From assembly GCA_963836755.1 (NCBI GenBank), contig CAWIKF010000002.1, positions 1,664,001-1,728,000 of the forward strand: a stretch of DNA of 64,000 nt. The letters run 5' to 3'. Origin of the DNA: an uncultured Verrucomicrobiae bacterium (GTDB lineage: Bacteria > Verrucomicrobiota > Verrucomicrobiia > Chthoniobacterales > Chthoniobacteraceae). The notes under the pieces were generated by a model. That model did no database searches and was not told where the DNA came from. It saw only the letters and a list, made by a program, of their open reading frames with translations. The translations under genes and the position numbers were made by a program. Shown here in pieces: positions 11,504 through 22,738 of the stretch. Every line of letters begins with the position of its first letter. Position 1 is the stretch's first letter.

Positions 11504-12580
11504 ATGGCAACGACTCCGATGGATGATCTTCTTCGTCTGGTCATCGACGAGGAAGGCTCGGATTTGCACATCGGCGTGGGCGTGCCGCCGACGCTGCGGA
11601 TCAAAGGCGCGCTGCGGAAACTCGATTTGCCGCCGCTGACGCCGGAGGATTGCGAAACGCTGGTGCGCGAGATCGCGGACGACAATCAGTTTGAAAAATT
11701 GAACACGGAAGGGAGCGCGGATTTCGCGATTTCGTTTCGCGACGACAACCGTTTTCGCGTGAACGTTTTTCGCGAGAAACGTTATTACGCTGCGGCGATT
11801 AGACTTTTGCCGAAAAAGTTGATGACGCTTGAGCAAATCGGTCTGCCGCCGGCGGTGCGCGGTTTGCTCGATCTGCCGCGCGGCCTCGTGCTCGTCACCG
11901 GCCCGACGGGTTCGGGCAAAACTACTTCGCTCGCGAGCATGCTGACGGTGATCAATGAAACGTCGCCGCGGCACATCATCACCATCGAGGATCCGGTGGA
12001 ATATTTTCTCGATCACCGGCTCGGAATTATCCATCAGCGCGAGATCGGCGTGGACGTGCCGACCTTTGCCGATGGCCTGCGACGCGCTCTGCGACAGGAT
12101 CCGGACGTGATTCTCGTCGGCGAGATGCGCGATCTCGAGACGATTGAAACTGCGATCACTGCCGCAGAAACCGGGCATCTCGTTTTTTCCACGCTGCACA
12201 CAACCGGCGCTGCGCGCACGATCGACCGCATCATCGATGCATTTCCCGCCGATCGGCAGGAGCAAATCCGCGTGCAGATGTCGACGAATTTGAAGGCCGT
12301 GCTTTCGCAGGTCCTGCTGCCGCGCTCGGATGGGAAAGGGCGCGTCGCCGCATTCGATCTGATGATCAACACGACATCGATCGCGGCTTTGATCCGCGAC
12401 AACAAATCATTCCGAATCCCGAACGATATTTTGACGGGCTCGAAATACGGAATGGTGTCGCTGGAAAATTCGCTCGTTGAGTTATATCGGAGTAATTTGA
12501 TCAGTCGTGAAACCGTGCTGTCGATGGCGCAGGACCCGCAGGTCGCGCGTCAACTTCTCGGCGAAGTGTCGGACATTTAG
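11504..12580 (+). CDS. pilT: Twitching motility retraction ATPase
   Basis: SDLH, GPTGSGKTT, ALRQDPDVILVGEMRD, AAETGHLVFSTLHT, AIRNLIRE-like SIAALIRD. Confidence 0.95.
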   Translation: MATTPMDDLLRLVIDEEGSDLHIGVGVPPTLRIKGALRKLDLPPLTPEDCETLVREIADDNQFEKLNTEGSADFAISFRDDNRFRVNVFREKRYYAAAIRLLPKKLMTLEQIGLPPAVRGLLDLPRGLVLVTGPTGSGKTTSLASMLTVINETSPRHIITIEDPVEYFLDHRLGIIHQREIGVDVPTFADGLRRALRQDPDVILVGEMRDLETIETAITAAETGHLVFSTLHTTGAARTIDRIIDAFPADRQEQIRVQMSTNLKAVLSQVLLPRSDGKGRVAAFDLMINTTSIAALIRDNKSFRIPNDILTGSKYGMVSLENSLVELYRSNLISRETVLSMAQDPQVARQLLGEVSDI

Positions 12581-12589
12581 AATCATCCC

Positions 12590-14275
12590 ATGAATGCAAA
12601 ACAAGTGATCGATCTTTACGTGGACAACGGAATCATGGACACCGCGCAGGCGGAGGATTTGATGCTGCAAATCGCGTCGTCCGGCCTCGATGTCGTCGAC
12701 GCGCTCGTCGATTTCGGCTTCACTTCGCGTGAAGATTTTTACCACACGCTTGCCGACTCGCTCGGCACCGAAGTCGTGAATTTGACGGGCTTTGAGCCAT
12801 CGCAGGATGTCTTGCGGCTCGTGCCCGCTGGGCTTGCGCGGCTGCATGGCGCGCTCCCGATCGGCATGAATGGCGACGCGATCACCGTCTGCCTCGTCGA
12901 TCCGCTCAATTCGCAGGTTCCGGAGGATTTGCGATTCGCACTCGGGCGAAACATTCACGTCGTCGTCGCGCCGACGAACCAGATCGAGGAGCTGCTGCGG
13001 AAACTTTACGGCACCGATGCCGGCAGCATGGATGAAATCCTCGCGCAGCTCGGCGGCGAGGAAATTCAGTTCGGCGAAGAGGGGCAGATTGATCTAAAAA
13101 ATATCGAGGCCGAGGCGAACGCGACGCCGATCATTCGCTACGTTGATTTGATTTTGTATCAAGCAATCCAGGACCGCGCGAGCGACATCCATTTCGAGCC
13201 GTTCGAGACGGAATTCAAAATTCGCTACCGCGTCGATGGAGCGCTTTATGAAATGGCGCCGCCGCCGCGGCATCTCGCGCTGCCGGTGATTTCGCGCGTC
13301 AAAGTTATGGCGAATCTGAACATCGCCGAGCGCCGCCTGCCGCAGGACGGGCGCATTCAAAAATCGATCGCTGGCCGGCAGGTCGATCTGCGCGTTTCCA
13401 GCTTGCCCACGCAATTCGGCGAAAGCGTCGTCCTGCGCGTGCTTGACCGCACCACGGTCAACCTGAACATCGAGTCGCTCGGGATGCCGGATTACATTTT
13501 AAATTACATCCTGCACACGATTCAAAAGCCGAACGGGATTTTTATTGTCACTGGCCCGACCGGTTCCGGCAAGACGACCACGCTTTACGCGTGTCTAAAT
13601 AAGATTAATACAATCGATTCCAAGCTGTTGACGGCAGAGGATCCTGTCGAATACGACATCGAAGGGATCATCCAGGTGCCGGTGAACGAGTCGATCGGCC
13701 TGACTTTTGGCCGCGTGCTCCGAGCGTTCTTGCGGCAGGATCCGGACCGCATCATGGTGGGTGAAACACGCGATCTCGAGACGGCGCAGATATCGATCCA
13801 GGCCTCACTCACCGGCCACCTTGTCTTCTCTACTTTGCACACCAATGACGCCCCCGGAGCTGTCACTCGGCTTGTCGACATGGGCGTCGAGCCGTTCATG
13901 ATTTCCTCGTCGCTCGAGGGCGTCCTCGCGCAAAGGCTTATTCGCAAAATCTGCCAAAATTGCCGCACCGCCTATGAGCCGACGGAAGCCGTGCTGGCTC
14001 AACTCGGACTTTCACCGCATGAAATCGGCGACAAGAATTTCTACTACGGCAAAGGCTGCGACAATTGCAATAACACTGGCTACAAAGGTCGCAAAGGGAT
14101 CTACGAGTTGCTGGACATGACCGATCCAATCCGCGAGCTAATCAATCAGCGGGCACCAACTGTCGTGTTGCGCCAGAAGGCCATGGAGCTTGGCATGGTT
14201 ACTCTTCGCGACGATGGACTGCGGAGCATCTATGATGGTGAAACCACCATCGAAGAGGTGTTGAAATACACCTAG
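12590..14275 (+). CDS. pilB: Second GspE/PilB ATPase
   Basis: ASDIHFEP, ERRLPQDGR, GPTGSGKTTT, FLRQDPD, CQNC/CDNC, GYKGRKG. Confidence 0.92.
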   Translation: MNAKQVIDLYVDNGIMDTAQAEDLMLQIASSGLDVVDALVDFGFTSREDFYHTLADSLGTEVVNLTGFEPSQDVLRLVPAGLARLHGALPIGMNGDAITVCLVDPLNSQVPEDLRFALGRNIHVVVAPTNQIEELLRKLYGTDAGSMDEILAQLGGEEIQFGEEGQIDLKNIEAEANATPIIRYVDLILYQAIQDRASDIHFEPFETEFKIRYRVDGALYEMAPPPRHLALPVISRVKVMANLNIAERRLPQDGRIQKSIAGRQVDLRVSSLPTQFGESVVLRVLDRTTVNLNIESLGMPDYILNYILHTIQKPNGIFIVTGPTGSGKTTTLYACLNKINTIDSKLLTAEDPVEYDIEGIIQVPVNESIGLTFGRVLRAFLRQDPDRIMVGETRDLETAQISIQASLTGHLVFSTLHTNDAPGAVTRLVDMGVEPFMISSSLEGVLAQRLIRKICQNCRTAYEPTEAVLAQLGLSPHEIGDKNFYYGKGCDNCNNTGYKGRKGIYELLDMTDPIRELINQRAPTVVLRQKAMELGMVTLRDDGLRSIYDGETTIEEVLKYT

Positions 14276-14284
14276 CTCTCGGAG

Positions 14285-15205
14285 TCAAAACTTCGCATCG
14301 AGGGACACCTGGCCATAAGCCGCACCCTGCTGCGTTTCAAAACGCTTCCCAGCGCGATGGAAATCAAACTCGCGATAAGGCATGTAGCCACCATCGACTT
14401 CAACGATAACACCTGACGCGAGCTTCCAGCTCAATCCGCCACCGACTCGAATCTCGGCATACTCGACTATCGCATTGTTCAGCCGCGGTTGGTTGGTTCC
14501 AAGATCACCCGAGACGCGAAAGGTTCCGTCCTTTATATCCGCTCCGGTAAATAGAGTAAGACTTTTACTCCATTCAAATTCCAGCCGCGGCGTTGGCAGC
14601 ACAGCATCGAGCACCCATCGATCCAGGAAGCTCCAGCGCACGCCAATTGCAGGAATGACGGGATACTCGCGATTGACATCAATACTTAGACCTAGAATCC
14701 ATTGCAGATTTGCGCCGGCAATGTAGGAGCCGCCGATGATGAAAGGAACATTGAAGTCGGAGCTTCTTAGGTCGCTAGACCCGCCGTAGAAACCAGGAGC
14801 CGCCTCGACGCGCACCAGCCATGAATCAAAAAGTTGCAGATCAACTCCAACGACAGCATTAACAGCTTGGAGCGTGTTTGGAAATGGTGCGAGCCGCGGT
14901 AGGCCGAATGAGAATCGCTGAAGTTCCAGGCCGAAGCGGTAAAGAGGCCCTTCACCCCACTGAGGACTGACGACAAAATGAACAAGGCTACTTTGTTCCG
15001 AAACATTTCCTTCTTGTCGCTCATTTAACTTAGTTTTGGCATCACCTACATAGGAGTAGTTGAGATCAGCTTCGTAGGACAGCTTCGGCTTGTGAGAAAT
15101 CGAATCATCAGCATTTTGGGCGCGGGCAGAAGCGATAGCTCCGAATGCAGTTGTCGCCAACAGGAGTCTGGCTACTTTTTTCGCGAACGCGGCGCAAGCT
15201 ATCAT
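14285..15205 (-). CDS. Putative outer-membrane beta-barrel protein
   Basis: Signal peptide, alternating beta-strand pattern rich in aromatic residues and Gly, C-terminal Phe (…VSLDAKF). Confidence 0.65.
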   Translation of the reverse strand: MIACAAFAKKVARLLLATTAFGAIASARAQNADDSISHKPKLSYEADLNYSYVGDAKTKLNERQEGNVSEQSSLVHFVVSPQWGEGPLYRFGLELQRFSFGLPRLAPFPNTLQAVNAVVGVDLQLFDSWLVRVEAAPGFYGGSSDLRSSDFNVPFIIGGSYIAGANLQWILGLSIDVNREYPVIPAIGVRWSFLDRWVLDAVLPTPRLEFEWSKSLTLFTGADIKDGTFRVSGDLGTNQPRLNNAIVEYAEIRVGGGLSWKLASGVIVEVDGGYMPYREFDFHRAGKRFETQQGAAYGQVSLDAKF

Positions 15206-16221
15206 CGCCTGCTGATATCCTTTTGAAATAGAACGATAGTCCTCTGAATCTCCTTCATCATCGCCGCGCCGGAACCCATGCGTTCGATGCCGTGAAGTTC
15301 ACTGAGGGACAGGGACGAAAGACTGTCGGTGCGCCACACCAATGTCGACGCGTGACCATTCACCGTGACGGGCCACAATTGATAGAATGAGAGAAAAACG
15401 AAATAGCCGCCGCTCGAGTAGTATTGCAAGTCGAGCATCTGTGCGTTTTCACCGGCGGGCATGGAATAGGATGCGCCGAGTGCCAGCGCGCCATCGCCTT
15501 CTACATCGAACAACTCCCAGTAAGACGACGGCGCGAGTGATCCTGTGCCACCTCCCAGCGGAGTTTGCGAGATGATCGGCTGAAACTGTTCGTGAACCTT
15601 TGGCTGCTCTTTTAAAAGTCGTGCGACTTCTTCGCTGACTCGGACGGATTGGCTACCTGAATCGTATGGCGGTTGTGACGAAAGCCCTTGGCTGGCAAAT
15701 CCGATCGCCCTTTGCAGAAGCAGATGACTCCAGAAAGCGCTCACGGAGCCCATTGCCCCGGAGCCATTTCCTTGATTCGATTTTCCAAAGTTCTTTGCTT
15801 CCGCTGCACTCACTTGTAGTTGATTGCTATTCGGAAGTTTACGCGTCGCGGCAACTAATCCACGGACTGCGGCATTGTTCGGCGCGGAGCCAAGCTTCGA
15901 GAAGTCATTCGCAACAGGCGGCGCTGAAATGTCCGAATGAAGGTAGACCTTTAGTTCCGGATTTCGCGCAGGATCCCATTGCCTATGAAGTTCCATGGTC
16001 TTCGTCACTGGCGCAGAGACGAGATAAAGCGCCTGCACGGCGAGATCGCGCGGAAACGGCAAAGCAGGAGCCCGAGCTACCATCACCTTTCCAACAGCGA
16101 GCTTGTTCAAATCGACGCGTCCGAACACTGAGCATTTGGCCAGGTCATTAATCGGATCCGCTTTGGCGCCAGCCATGAGGCCGATGAGTAAAAGGGTGAA
16201 GAGCAGAGAAATCGTTTTCAT
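15202..16221 (-). CDS. Secreted hypothetical protein
   Basis: Signal peptide (MKTISLLFTLLLIGLMAGAKA); ATGA overlap with the downstream barrel gene. Confidence 0.7.
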   Translation of the reverse strand: MKTISLLFTLLLIGLMAGAKADPINDLAKCSVFGRVDLNKLAVGKVMVARAPALPFPRDLAVQALYLVSAPVTKTMELHRQWDPARNPELKVYLHSDISAPPVANDFSKLGSAPNNAAVRGLVAATRKLPNSNQLQVSAAEAKNFGKSNQGNGSGAMGSVSAFWSHLLLQRAIGFASQGLSSQPPYDSGSQSVRVSEEVARLLKEQPKVHEQFQPIISQTPLGGGTGSLAPSSYWELFDVEGDGALALGASYSMPAGENAQMLDLQYYSSGGYFVFLSFYQLWPVTVNGHASTLVWRTDSLSSLSLSELHGIERMGSGAAMMKEIQRTIVLFQKDISRR

Positions 16222-16247
16222 AGAAATTCGAAGCCGAGATGCAAAAG

Positions 16248-17711
16248 CTAAGGCGTCAAAGTTCCCAACTTTCGCGTGAGAATTTCGTTGACGATGACAG
16301 GGTTTGCTTTGCCTTTCGAGAGTTTCATTACCTGACCTTTGATGGCATTGATTGCTTGGAGTTTGCCGGCGCGATATTCGGCAACCGCTTTTGCGCCAGT
16401 GGCAATGGCGTCGTCACAAAGAGCCTCGATCGCGCTCAGATCGCTTTCCTGTTTTAGTCCTCGTTCTTCGATGATCGCTCCAGCGCTTTTTCCCGTCGCA
16501 AACATTTCCGCAAACACTTCCTTTGCCTGACTGCTGTTGATCTTCCCTTCATCGAGATGGTTCACTAGCTCGTCCAATGCGGATGCGGAAATGGGACAAT
16601 CGGCGATCGATTGTTCGGTGCTGCTCAAAGCATTCTGTAGGTCGTTGAGTATCCAATTCGCCACGCTCTTTGGGCGTCGTGCGCTACCTGCGGCTTTTTC
16701 AAAGTAGCGCGCGAGTTCCACATCGTTGGAAAGCACGCCTGCGTCGTAAGGACTGACGCCAAATTGCGAAACGAATCGCGCACGTTTTTGCGCGGGCAGT
16801 TCGGGAACGCGACTGCGCACTTCATCCATGAACGCTCCTGTCTTCACCGGCAGCAAATCGGGATCGGGAAAGTAACGGTAGTCATGCGCCATTTCCTTTG
16901 TCCGCATGAGAAAGGTCTGGCTGATTGCGTCGTTCCAGCCGCGCGTTTCCTGTTGAAGCTTTTCGCCGCGGGAGAGCGCTTCTTTTTGGCGATCGATCTC
17001 AAAAGCAAGCGCGCGGCGCACGCCGGAAATCGTGTTCATGTTTTTGATTTCGATCTTCGTGCCGAGCGCGAGCTGACCTTCGGGACGGACACTGACATTG
17101 CAGTCGCAGCGGAGCTGACCTTTTTCCATGTCGGCATCGCTGACGCCGCCATAAATGAGGATTTGTTTGAGCGAAGTCAGGTAGGCGAAAGCTTCTTCCG
17201 GCGATGCGAGATCGGGCTCCGAGACTACTTCCATGAGAGGCGTGCCGGCGCGGTTGAAATCAATGCCGGTGCTGCTTTCAAAATGAAAACTTTTCGCGAC
17301 ATCCTCCTCGAGATGAATGCGCACGAGTCGAACGGTTTTGTCCGGATGAGCGATGTTTTTCTGCGCGTCCTTGGGATAAGCCATGTCGTGGAGCGGGACG
17401 CCGCCGCCGAGGCAGATTGGCAGGTCGTATTGCGAAATCTGATAGTTCTTCGGCATGTCCGGATAGAAGTAATTCTTCCGGTCAAACTTGCACACCGAGG
17501 CGATTTCGCAGCCGAGCATCAAACCCGTGAGCGCGGTCATGCGTAGCGCTTCCTCATTCATCACCGGCAACGCGCCTGGCAATCCGAGGCAGGTCGGGCA
17601 GGTGTGCGAGTTCGGCGCCACGCCATATTCGACTGCGCAGCCGCAAAACATTTTGCTGCGCGTCTTGAGCTGGACGTGAACTTCTAGACCGATGGTGGGA
17701 ATGAAATTCAT
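16248..17711 (-). CDS. gatB: Asp/Glu-tRNA amidotransferase subunit B
   Basis: IGLEVHVQL, FDRKNYFYPD, HLEED, DFNRAGTPL, EIKN, DYRYFPDPDL; ATG at 17711. Confidence 0.98.
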   Translation of the reverse strand: MNFIPTIGLEVHVQLKTRSKMFCGCAVEYGVAPNSHTCPTCLGLPGALPVMNEEALRMTALTGLMLGCEIASVCKFDRKNYFYPDMPKNYQISQYDLPICLGGGVPLHDMAYPKDAQKNIAHPDKTVRLVRIHLEEDVAKSFHFESSTGIDFNRAGTPLMEVVSEPDLASPEEAFAYLTSLKQILIYGGVSDADMEKGQLRCDCNVSVRPEGQLALGTKIEIKNMNTISGVRRALAFEIDRQKEALSRGEKLQQETRGWNDAISQTFLMRTKEMAHDYRYFPDPDLLPVKTGAFMDEVRSRVPELPAQKRARFVSQFGVSPYDAGVLSNDVELARYFEKAAGSARRPKSVANWILNDLQNALSSTEQSIADCPISASALDELVNHLDEGKINSSQAKEVFAEMFATGKSAGAIIEERGLKQESDLSAIEALCDDAIATGAKAVAEYRAGKLQAINAIKGQVMKLSKGKANPVIVNEILTRKLGTLTP

Positions 17712-17891
17712 GCGTGCAGATTTCAGCGGGTTAAATCGAAAACCGAAAGCCTGCAATTTGCAAATTTTTCGGCGAGCGAAAGCTGCTGCAAATCGGCGCA
17801 AATGAACTTGCCGTCAACTTTCAACCATGCGAAATAACCTGCGATTCGAGAGGCCCGACGACGAAGCGGACGCTGATCGAATCAGGAGAAT

Positions 17892-17964
17892 GCCAATGTA
17901 GCTCAGCTGGTAGAGCAGCTGATTCGTAATCAGCAGGTCACGGGTTCGAATCCCGTCGTTGGCT
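17892..17964 (+). tRNA. tRNA-Thr (anticodon CGT), CCA not encoded
   Basis: Acceptor GCCAATG/CGTTGGC, D-arm TAGCTCAGCTGGTAGAGC, anticodon stem GCTGA-TTCGTAA-TCAGC, T-arm GGTTCGAATCC. Confidence 0.97.
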
Positions 17965-17978
17965 CGCCTTTTGAGTAG

Positions 17979-18137
17979 CTAAATCACGCGAAGCAAAAGC
18001 AGGACGAGGATGATCACGAGGACCAATCCAAGCCCGCCGCTCGGCCCGTAACCCCAGCTGCGTGAATGCGGCCAGGTGGGCAGGGCGCCGACGAGCATGA
18101 GAATGAGGATGATGAGCAAAAGCAGGCTGATAGACAT
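17979..18137 (-). CDS. Small membrane protein, DUF3309 family (52 aa; absent from the ORF track)
   Basis: Manual translation: MSISLLLLIILILMLVGALPTWPHSRSWGYGPSGGLGLVLVIILVLLLLRVI*, with the LPTWPHSRSWGYGPSGG signature. Confidence 0.9.
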   Translation of the reverse strand: MSISLLLLIILILMLVGALPTWPHSRSWGYGPSGGLGLVLVIILVLLLLRVI

Positions 18138-18182
18138 TTGCTAAACGATTCGGAAGCGCAGCCGCTTGGGGACGTATCGCCG

Positions 18183-21100
18183 TCACGCCGGCTCGCGCAG
18201 AATTTCGCGAATGCCGCGGAGCGGAATCGGAAGCCACGTGGGGCGGTTGTTGAGCTCGTAGGCGACTTCATAGACAGCTTTTTCCAGCAGAAAAGCCTCG
18301 AGCAGCGCCTGAAGATCGCTGGGATCCGCGGGGACGAATGACGCGCCCTGCGCGCCTGCGAGATAACTTTGCAAAAACACCGCGCTGACGAAGCGCGCCC
18401 AACTTTCCGCCCACGGCTCGAGAAATGGCAGATCCTCAGCGCGAACGTTTGGCAGTTGCTGGGCGAGCGCGCTGTTCGCCGCGTAATGGAAAGAGCGGAT
18501 CATGCCGGCCACGTCGCGCAGCGGTGAGCGTTTCAATTTTCGTTCGCTCAGCGACCGCGATGGCTCACCCTCGAAATCTATGATGACGAAATCTTTGCCC
18601 GTGTTCAGCACCTGGCCGAGATGAAAATCGCCGTGCAGCCGCGTCTTCGTGGCGTTCATTTTTTGACGAAGCAACCGCGCCTGCCGTTGCAAAATCTCCG
18701 GCTCGGCCGCGAGAAACTCCAGCGCAGACGGACGCAGCGTCTCGTCGAGTTTCGGCAAATGCCGCTGCACGATTTGCATCGTGCGCCGCGTGAGACCGCG
18801 CATCGATTGATAAACGGAGCGTTGATAAAGCGTTGTGAACGGCTCCGGCGCGAAATTGGCATCGGTGGACTCATTCGCGAGCGCGAGGTGCATCTGCGCC
18901 GTGCGCAGCCCGAGCTGGCGGACGCGCGCGGGATAAACGCCACCGATGAGCTCCGTCAAAACCGGGCTCGCCGTTTCATTCGGCGCAAAAAGCGAAAGCG
19001 CTGGAAGGCTGCTGGCATCAGCCTTCGCGGCGAGCACCCGCTCGTAAAACCGGCTCACGGAATCGAGTGTGTAAGCCCATGCATCGCCTTCGTTCGGCAC
19101 CATTCCCAGCAGCAGCCCGAGCACGCGCGGCTCGTCGCCGTGATGCTGATATTCGATCGAGCCGCCAAACGGCGGGACGAATTCGAAGCGCTGTTTTTCG
19201 CTGAGAAAACGCAAAATTTCCGCGTCGGGATTCACGCCTTCCTCGAGTTTGCGGTAAAGTTTCAGGAAAAATTTGTCGCCGTAAATAATCGAGGAATTGC
19301 TTTGCTCGACTTTCAAGACACGCGACGTGAGCGGAATGTTTTTCTCGCCGAGATTCGTCAGTGCGCCGCCCGGAAAACCGGCAACGCTGCCTGCCAGGCC
19401 GCGCTGCGCCTTGGTTTGCGCAATGCAGCGCAAAAGATCCGCGCGCAAACGTTCGTCGTGAATTCCGTCAAACAAGACCGTTTCCACCGCGCCGTTGGCG
19501 AAGCGCGCGATGATTGCGTCGGGCGGCAACTGCCGCGCATCGGCGGCGGAGAGCATCTGCAACGGCAGCAGGTAAAGATCGCGTTCGCTGTCGACGTAAA
19601 CAAGCTCGAGCAGAAGCAACCGCGCCGAATCGGCACCGGGACTGAGTGGAATTGTTTCTGTGATTTCGACCGAACGAATCGCGCGCGTTTTGTTTCCAAA
19701 CCAGCGGCAGCGGGCGATGTAGCCGCGCAAAATTGTCTGCTCGAGCAACGTCCGCTGGTCGCCCTCGAGCAACCTTTCCCAAGTTGCACCGCCATCAAAA
19801 ACGGGCACTGCGGAATCGCCGCCCTGGACGGAATTCGCTCCTTCTCCTTGCAGCGCGAACCAGAAATGATCGTGCGGCCCGAGAGTCAAAACGTAAGGCT
19901 GGGCCTTGATCCTCGGGAATTTGTTCTGGCTGAAGAGTTCCGTTGGCACGAAGTCAGTGAACGCGGCAAGGTCGAGCTCCACGACCTGCGCGAACCGCGA
20001 AAGATTTACAACCACGAGCACAATCTCGTTTTCATACCGTCGCACAAACGCCAGCACTTTGCCGTTTTCCGGCAGGAGGAATTCGACGGTGCCGCGGCCG
20101 AACGCCTTGAATTGTTTGCGCATCGAAACGACGCGGCGCATCCACCAGAGCTGCGACGATAAATTGTGCTCCTGGTTTTCCACATTGAGCGCCTCGTAGT
20201 GATATTCGGGGTCGATGATGACCGGCAAAAAAAGTTGCTGCGGATTCGATTTTGAAAATCCGGCGTTCCGATCCGGACTCCATTGCATCGGCGTGCGGAC
20301 GCCATTTCTGTCGCCCAAATAAAAGTTGTCGCCCATGCCGATTTCGTCGCCGTAATAAATAATCGGCGTGCCGGGCAGCGAAAAAAGCAGCGTCGTGATC
20401 AGCTCGATTTTTCGCCGCGAACGCAGCAGTGGAGCCAATCGCCGGCGAATGCCGAGATTGATTCGCGCGCGCGAATCCTCGGCATACATGCGCCACATGT
20501 AGTCACGCTCCTCGTCGGTCACCATCTCGAGCGTGAGCTCGTCGTGGTTGCGCAAAAAAGTTGCCCACTGGCAATTTTCCGGAATTTTCGGCGTCTGGTC
20601 GAGGATGTCGATGATGGGAAAACGGTCCTCCATTTGCAGCGACATGAAGAGCCGCGGCATCAGCGGAAAATGAAAATTCATGTGGCATTCATCGCCATTT
20701 CCAAAATAGGCCGCGGCATCTTCCGGCCATTGATTCGCCTCCGCGAGCAGCATGCGGCCCTGGTATTTTTCATCCACGTGCGCGCGAAGTTTTTTTAGAT
20801 ACGCATGCGTCTCGGCGAGGTTTTCGCAGTTCGTTCCTTCGCGCTCGTAGAGATACGGAATGGCGTCGAGCCGCAGCCCATCGACGCCCATGTCCAGCCA
20901 GTAATCGAAGACTTTCAGAACCGCTTCGTGCACTGCGGGATTGTCAAAATTCAGGTCGGGCTGGTGCGAATAAAATCGATGCCAGAAATACGCTTTCGCG
21001 ACCGGATCGTAAGTCCAGTTCGAGTGCTCGAAATCTTTAAAAATAATTCGCGCATCGAGATATTTGTCGGGCGCCTCGCTCCAGACGTAAAAGTCACGCT

Positions 21101-21482
21101 CGGGCGAACCGGACGGCGCGCGGCGCGATTTTTGAAACCATGCATGCTGGTCGCTGGTGTGATTGATGACGAGTTCGGTGATCACGCGAAGCGAGCGTTT
21201 ATGCGCCTCGGCGAGGAATTCCTGAAAATCCTCAAGCGTCCCGTAGCTCGGATTTACCGCGAAATAATCGGCGATGTCGTAGCCGTCATCGCGCAGCGGC
21301 GAGGGATAAAACGGCAGCAGCCAGATCGCGGTGACGCCGAGCTCCTCGAGATAATCGAGCTTTTCGATGAGGCCGCGGAAGTCGCCGATGCCATCGCCGT
21401 CGGTGTCGAAAAACGCTTTGACGTGGAGCTGGTAAATTACCGCGTCTTTATACCAGTCGGAATTTTCGTGGAGCTTCGTCAT
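18183..21482 (-). CDS. treS: Trehalose synthase fused to maltokinase (TreS-Pep2/Mak)
   Basis: [38 protein letters not shown]-terminal [23 protein letters not shown]. Confidence 0.96.
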   Translation of the reverse strand: MTKLHENSDWYKDAVIYQLHVKAFFDTDGDGIGDFRGLIEKLDYLEELGVTAIWLLPFYPSPLRDDGYDIADYFAVNPSYGTLEDFQEFLAEAHKRSLRVITELVINHTSDQHAWFQKSRRAPSGSPERDFYVWSEAPDKYLDARIIFKDFEHSNWTYDPVAKAYFWHRFYSHQPDLNFDNPAVHEAVLKVFDYWLDMGVDGLRLDAIPYLYEREGTNCENLAETHAYLKKLRAHVDEKYQGRMLLAEANQWPEDAAAYFGNGDECHMNFHFPLMPRLFMSLQMEDRFPIIDILDQTPKIPENCQWATFLRNHDELTLEMVTDEERDYMWRMYAEDSRARINLGIRRRLAPLLRSRRKIELITTLLFSLPGTPIIYYGDEIGMGDNFYLGDRNGVRTPMQWSPDRNAGFSKSNPQQLFLPVIIDPEYHYEALNVENQEHNLSSQLWWMRRVVSMRKQFKAFGRGTVEFLLPENGKVLAFVRRYENEIVLVVVNLSRFAQVVELDLAAFTDFVPTELFSQNKFPRIKAQPYVLTLGPHDHFWFALQGEGANSVQGGDSAVPVFDGGATWERLLEGDQRTLLEQTILRGYIARCRWFGNKTRAIRSVEITETIPLSPGADSARLLLLELVYVDSERDLYLLPLQMLSAADARQLPPDAIIARFANGAVETVLFDGIHDERLRADLLRCIAQTKAQRGLAGSVAGFPGGALTNLGEKNIPLTSRVLKVEQSNSSIIYGDKFFLKLYRKLEEGVNPDAEILRFLSEKQRFEFVPPFGGSIEYQHHGDEPRVLGLLLGMVPNEGDAWAYTLDSVSRFYERVLAAKADASSLPALSLFAPNETASPVLTELIGGVYPARVRQLGLRTAQMHLALANESTDANFAPEPFTTLYQRSVYQSMRGLTRRTMQIVQRHLPKLDETLRPSALEFLAAEPEILQRQARLLRQKMNATKTRLHGDFHLGQVLNTGKDFVIIDFEGEPSRSLSERKLKRSPLRDVAGMIRSFHYAANSALAQQLPNVRAEDLPFLEPWAESWARFVSAVFLQSYLAGAQGASFVPADPSDLQALLEAFLLEKAVYEVAYELNNRPTWLPIPLRGIREILREPA

Positions 21483-21628
21483 ACGGAAAAGAGCTGACAA
21501 AAATACAATCCCATTTCAGCGCGATGGTGGATGCTTTACCAAGCACGAACATTTCCGCGCGCCAGCACGAGGGGGGTTGACCGCTGCGGCATTCGCCGAC
21601 ATTGTTAACGGCCTTAACTAATTTTTGC

Positions 21629-22735
21629 ATGAACGTTTTCCGCAATTTATTTCTCTGCTTTTCGCTGCTGCTCTGCGCCTGCGGCAAAAAAGGAGGGCCG
21701 CCGCCATTCAGCATGGTTCGGCCCGTCACGGCGTCAAAAGCGGTCACGCGCGACGTGCCGATTTATCTCGATGAAATCGGAAATTGCACGGCGTTTGAAT
21801 CGGTAAATGTGCAGCCGCTGGTGACGGGGCCGATCACGGAAATTAAATTTGCCGACGGCCAGGAAGTCAAAAAAGGCGACGCACTTTTCACCATCGATCC
21901 GCGCCCGTATCAAGCGGCGCTCGACAAGGCGCAGGCAACGCTGGAGCAGGATCGCGCGAAGTCCGAATACGATCAGGCCCAGCTCAAGCGCAATGAGGAT
22001 TTGATCAGAAATAAAGTCACTGCGGCGCAGGATCTCGACTCCGCCCGCAGCACCGCGCAGGCTTCCCAAGCCCTGCTGGACGCCGATGCGGCGGCGGTTG
22101 AGACGGCGCGGATCAATCTCGGTTATTGCCACATCACGTCGCCGATCGACGGTCGCACGAGCAAGCGGATGGTCGATCTGGGCAACGTTGTTTCGCCGCA
22201 AATCGTGCTGCTGCTCATCCAGCGACAGGATCCGATTTACGTCGATTTCACGATTCCTGAAAGCGCGCTGCCTCGCGTGCGAAGTTTCATCGCCGCGGGC
22301 ACTCTGAAAGTTGAAGCAAGCTTCGCGGACGACCCGTCGAAAAGCCGCGTGGGCGGTTTTGATTTTCTCGACAGCGGCATCCAGCAGGCCAGCGGCACCG
22401 TGCGCATGCGCGCGATTTTAAAAAACGATGACCGACTTTTCTGGCCGGGGCAGTTCGTGAATGTCCGCATCCTGCTCGACACGATTCAAAACGCGGTGCT
22501 CGTGCCAAATGAAGCGGTGCAGATTGGCACGCAAGGGCCTTTCGTTTTCGTCGTGAAAGCGGATAACACCGTGGAACTGCGCCCGATCAAAACCGGACAG
22601 CGTCAGGGCGATGACGTGGTGATCGCGTCGGGTGTAAAACCTAACGAAACGGTAGTTGTCACTGGTCAGCTCGCGCTCGCGCCGGGCGGGAAAGTTGCGA
22701 TCGTCCCGACTGCGCCGGCGGCCGCGCAGCTTTAG
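21629..22735 (+). CDS. RND efflux membrane fusion protein (MdtA-like lipoprotein)
   Basis: Lipobox LCAC, G..V.KGD.LF.IDPRPY, ITSPIDG, PGQFV. Confidence 0.92.
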   Translation: MNVFRNLFLCFSLLLCACGKKGGPPPFSMVRPVTASKAVTRDVPIYLDEIGNCTAFESVNVQPLVTGPITEIKFADGQEVKKGDALFTIDPRPYQAALDKAQATLEQDRAKSEYDQAQLKRNEDLIRNKVTAAQDLDSARSTAQASQALLDADAAAVETARINLGYCHITSPIDGRTSKRMVDLGNVVSPQIVLLLIQRQDPIYVDFTIPESALPRVRSFIAAGTLKVEASFADDPSKSRVGGFDFLDSGIQQASGTVRMRAILKNDDRLFWPGQFVNVRILLDTIQNAVLVPNEAVQIGTQGPFVFVVKADNTVELRPIKTGQRQGDDVVIASGVKPNETVVVTGQLALAPGGKVAIVPTAPAAAQL

Positions 22736-22738
22736 AAA

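Noticed and set aside
17892..17964. tRNA-Thr as an integration site of a genomic island
   Set aside because: No integrase is nearby and I saw no duplicated tRNA 3' end in the window.
18621..20162. Long antisense ORFs (e.g. 4757-6154, 18621-20162, 41133-42452, 47106-48653, 58752-60152, 62063-63616)
   Set aside because: These are shadows of well-supported genes in high-GC DNA and carry no recognisable motifs.
18183..21482. TreS-maltokinase fusion as a novelty
   Set aside because: This is a well-known, widespread fusion.
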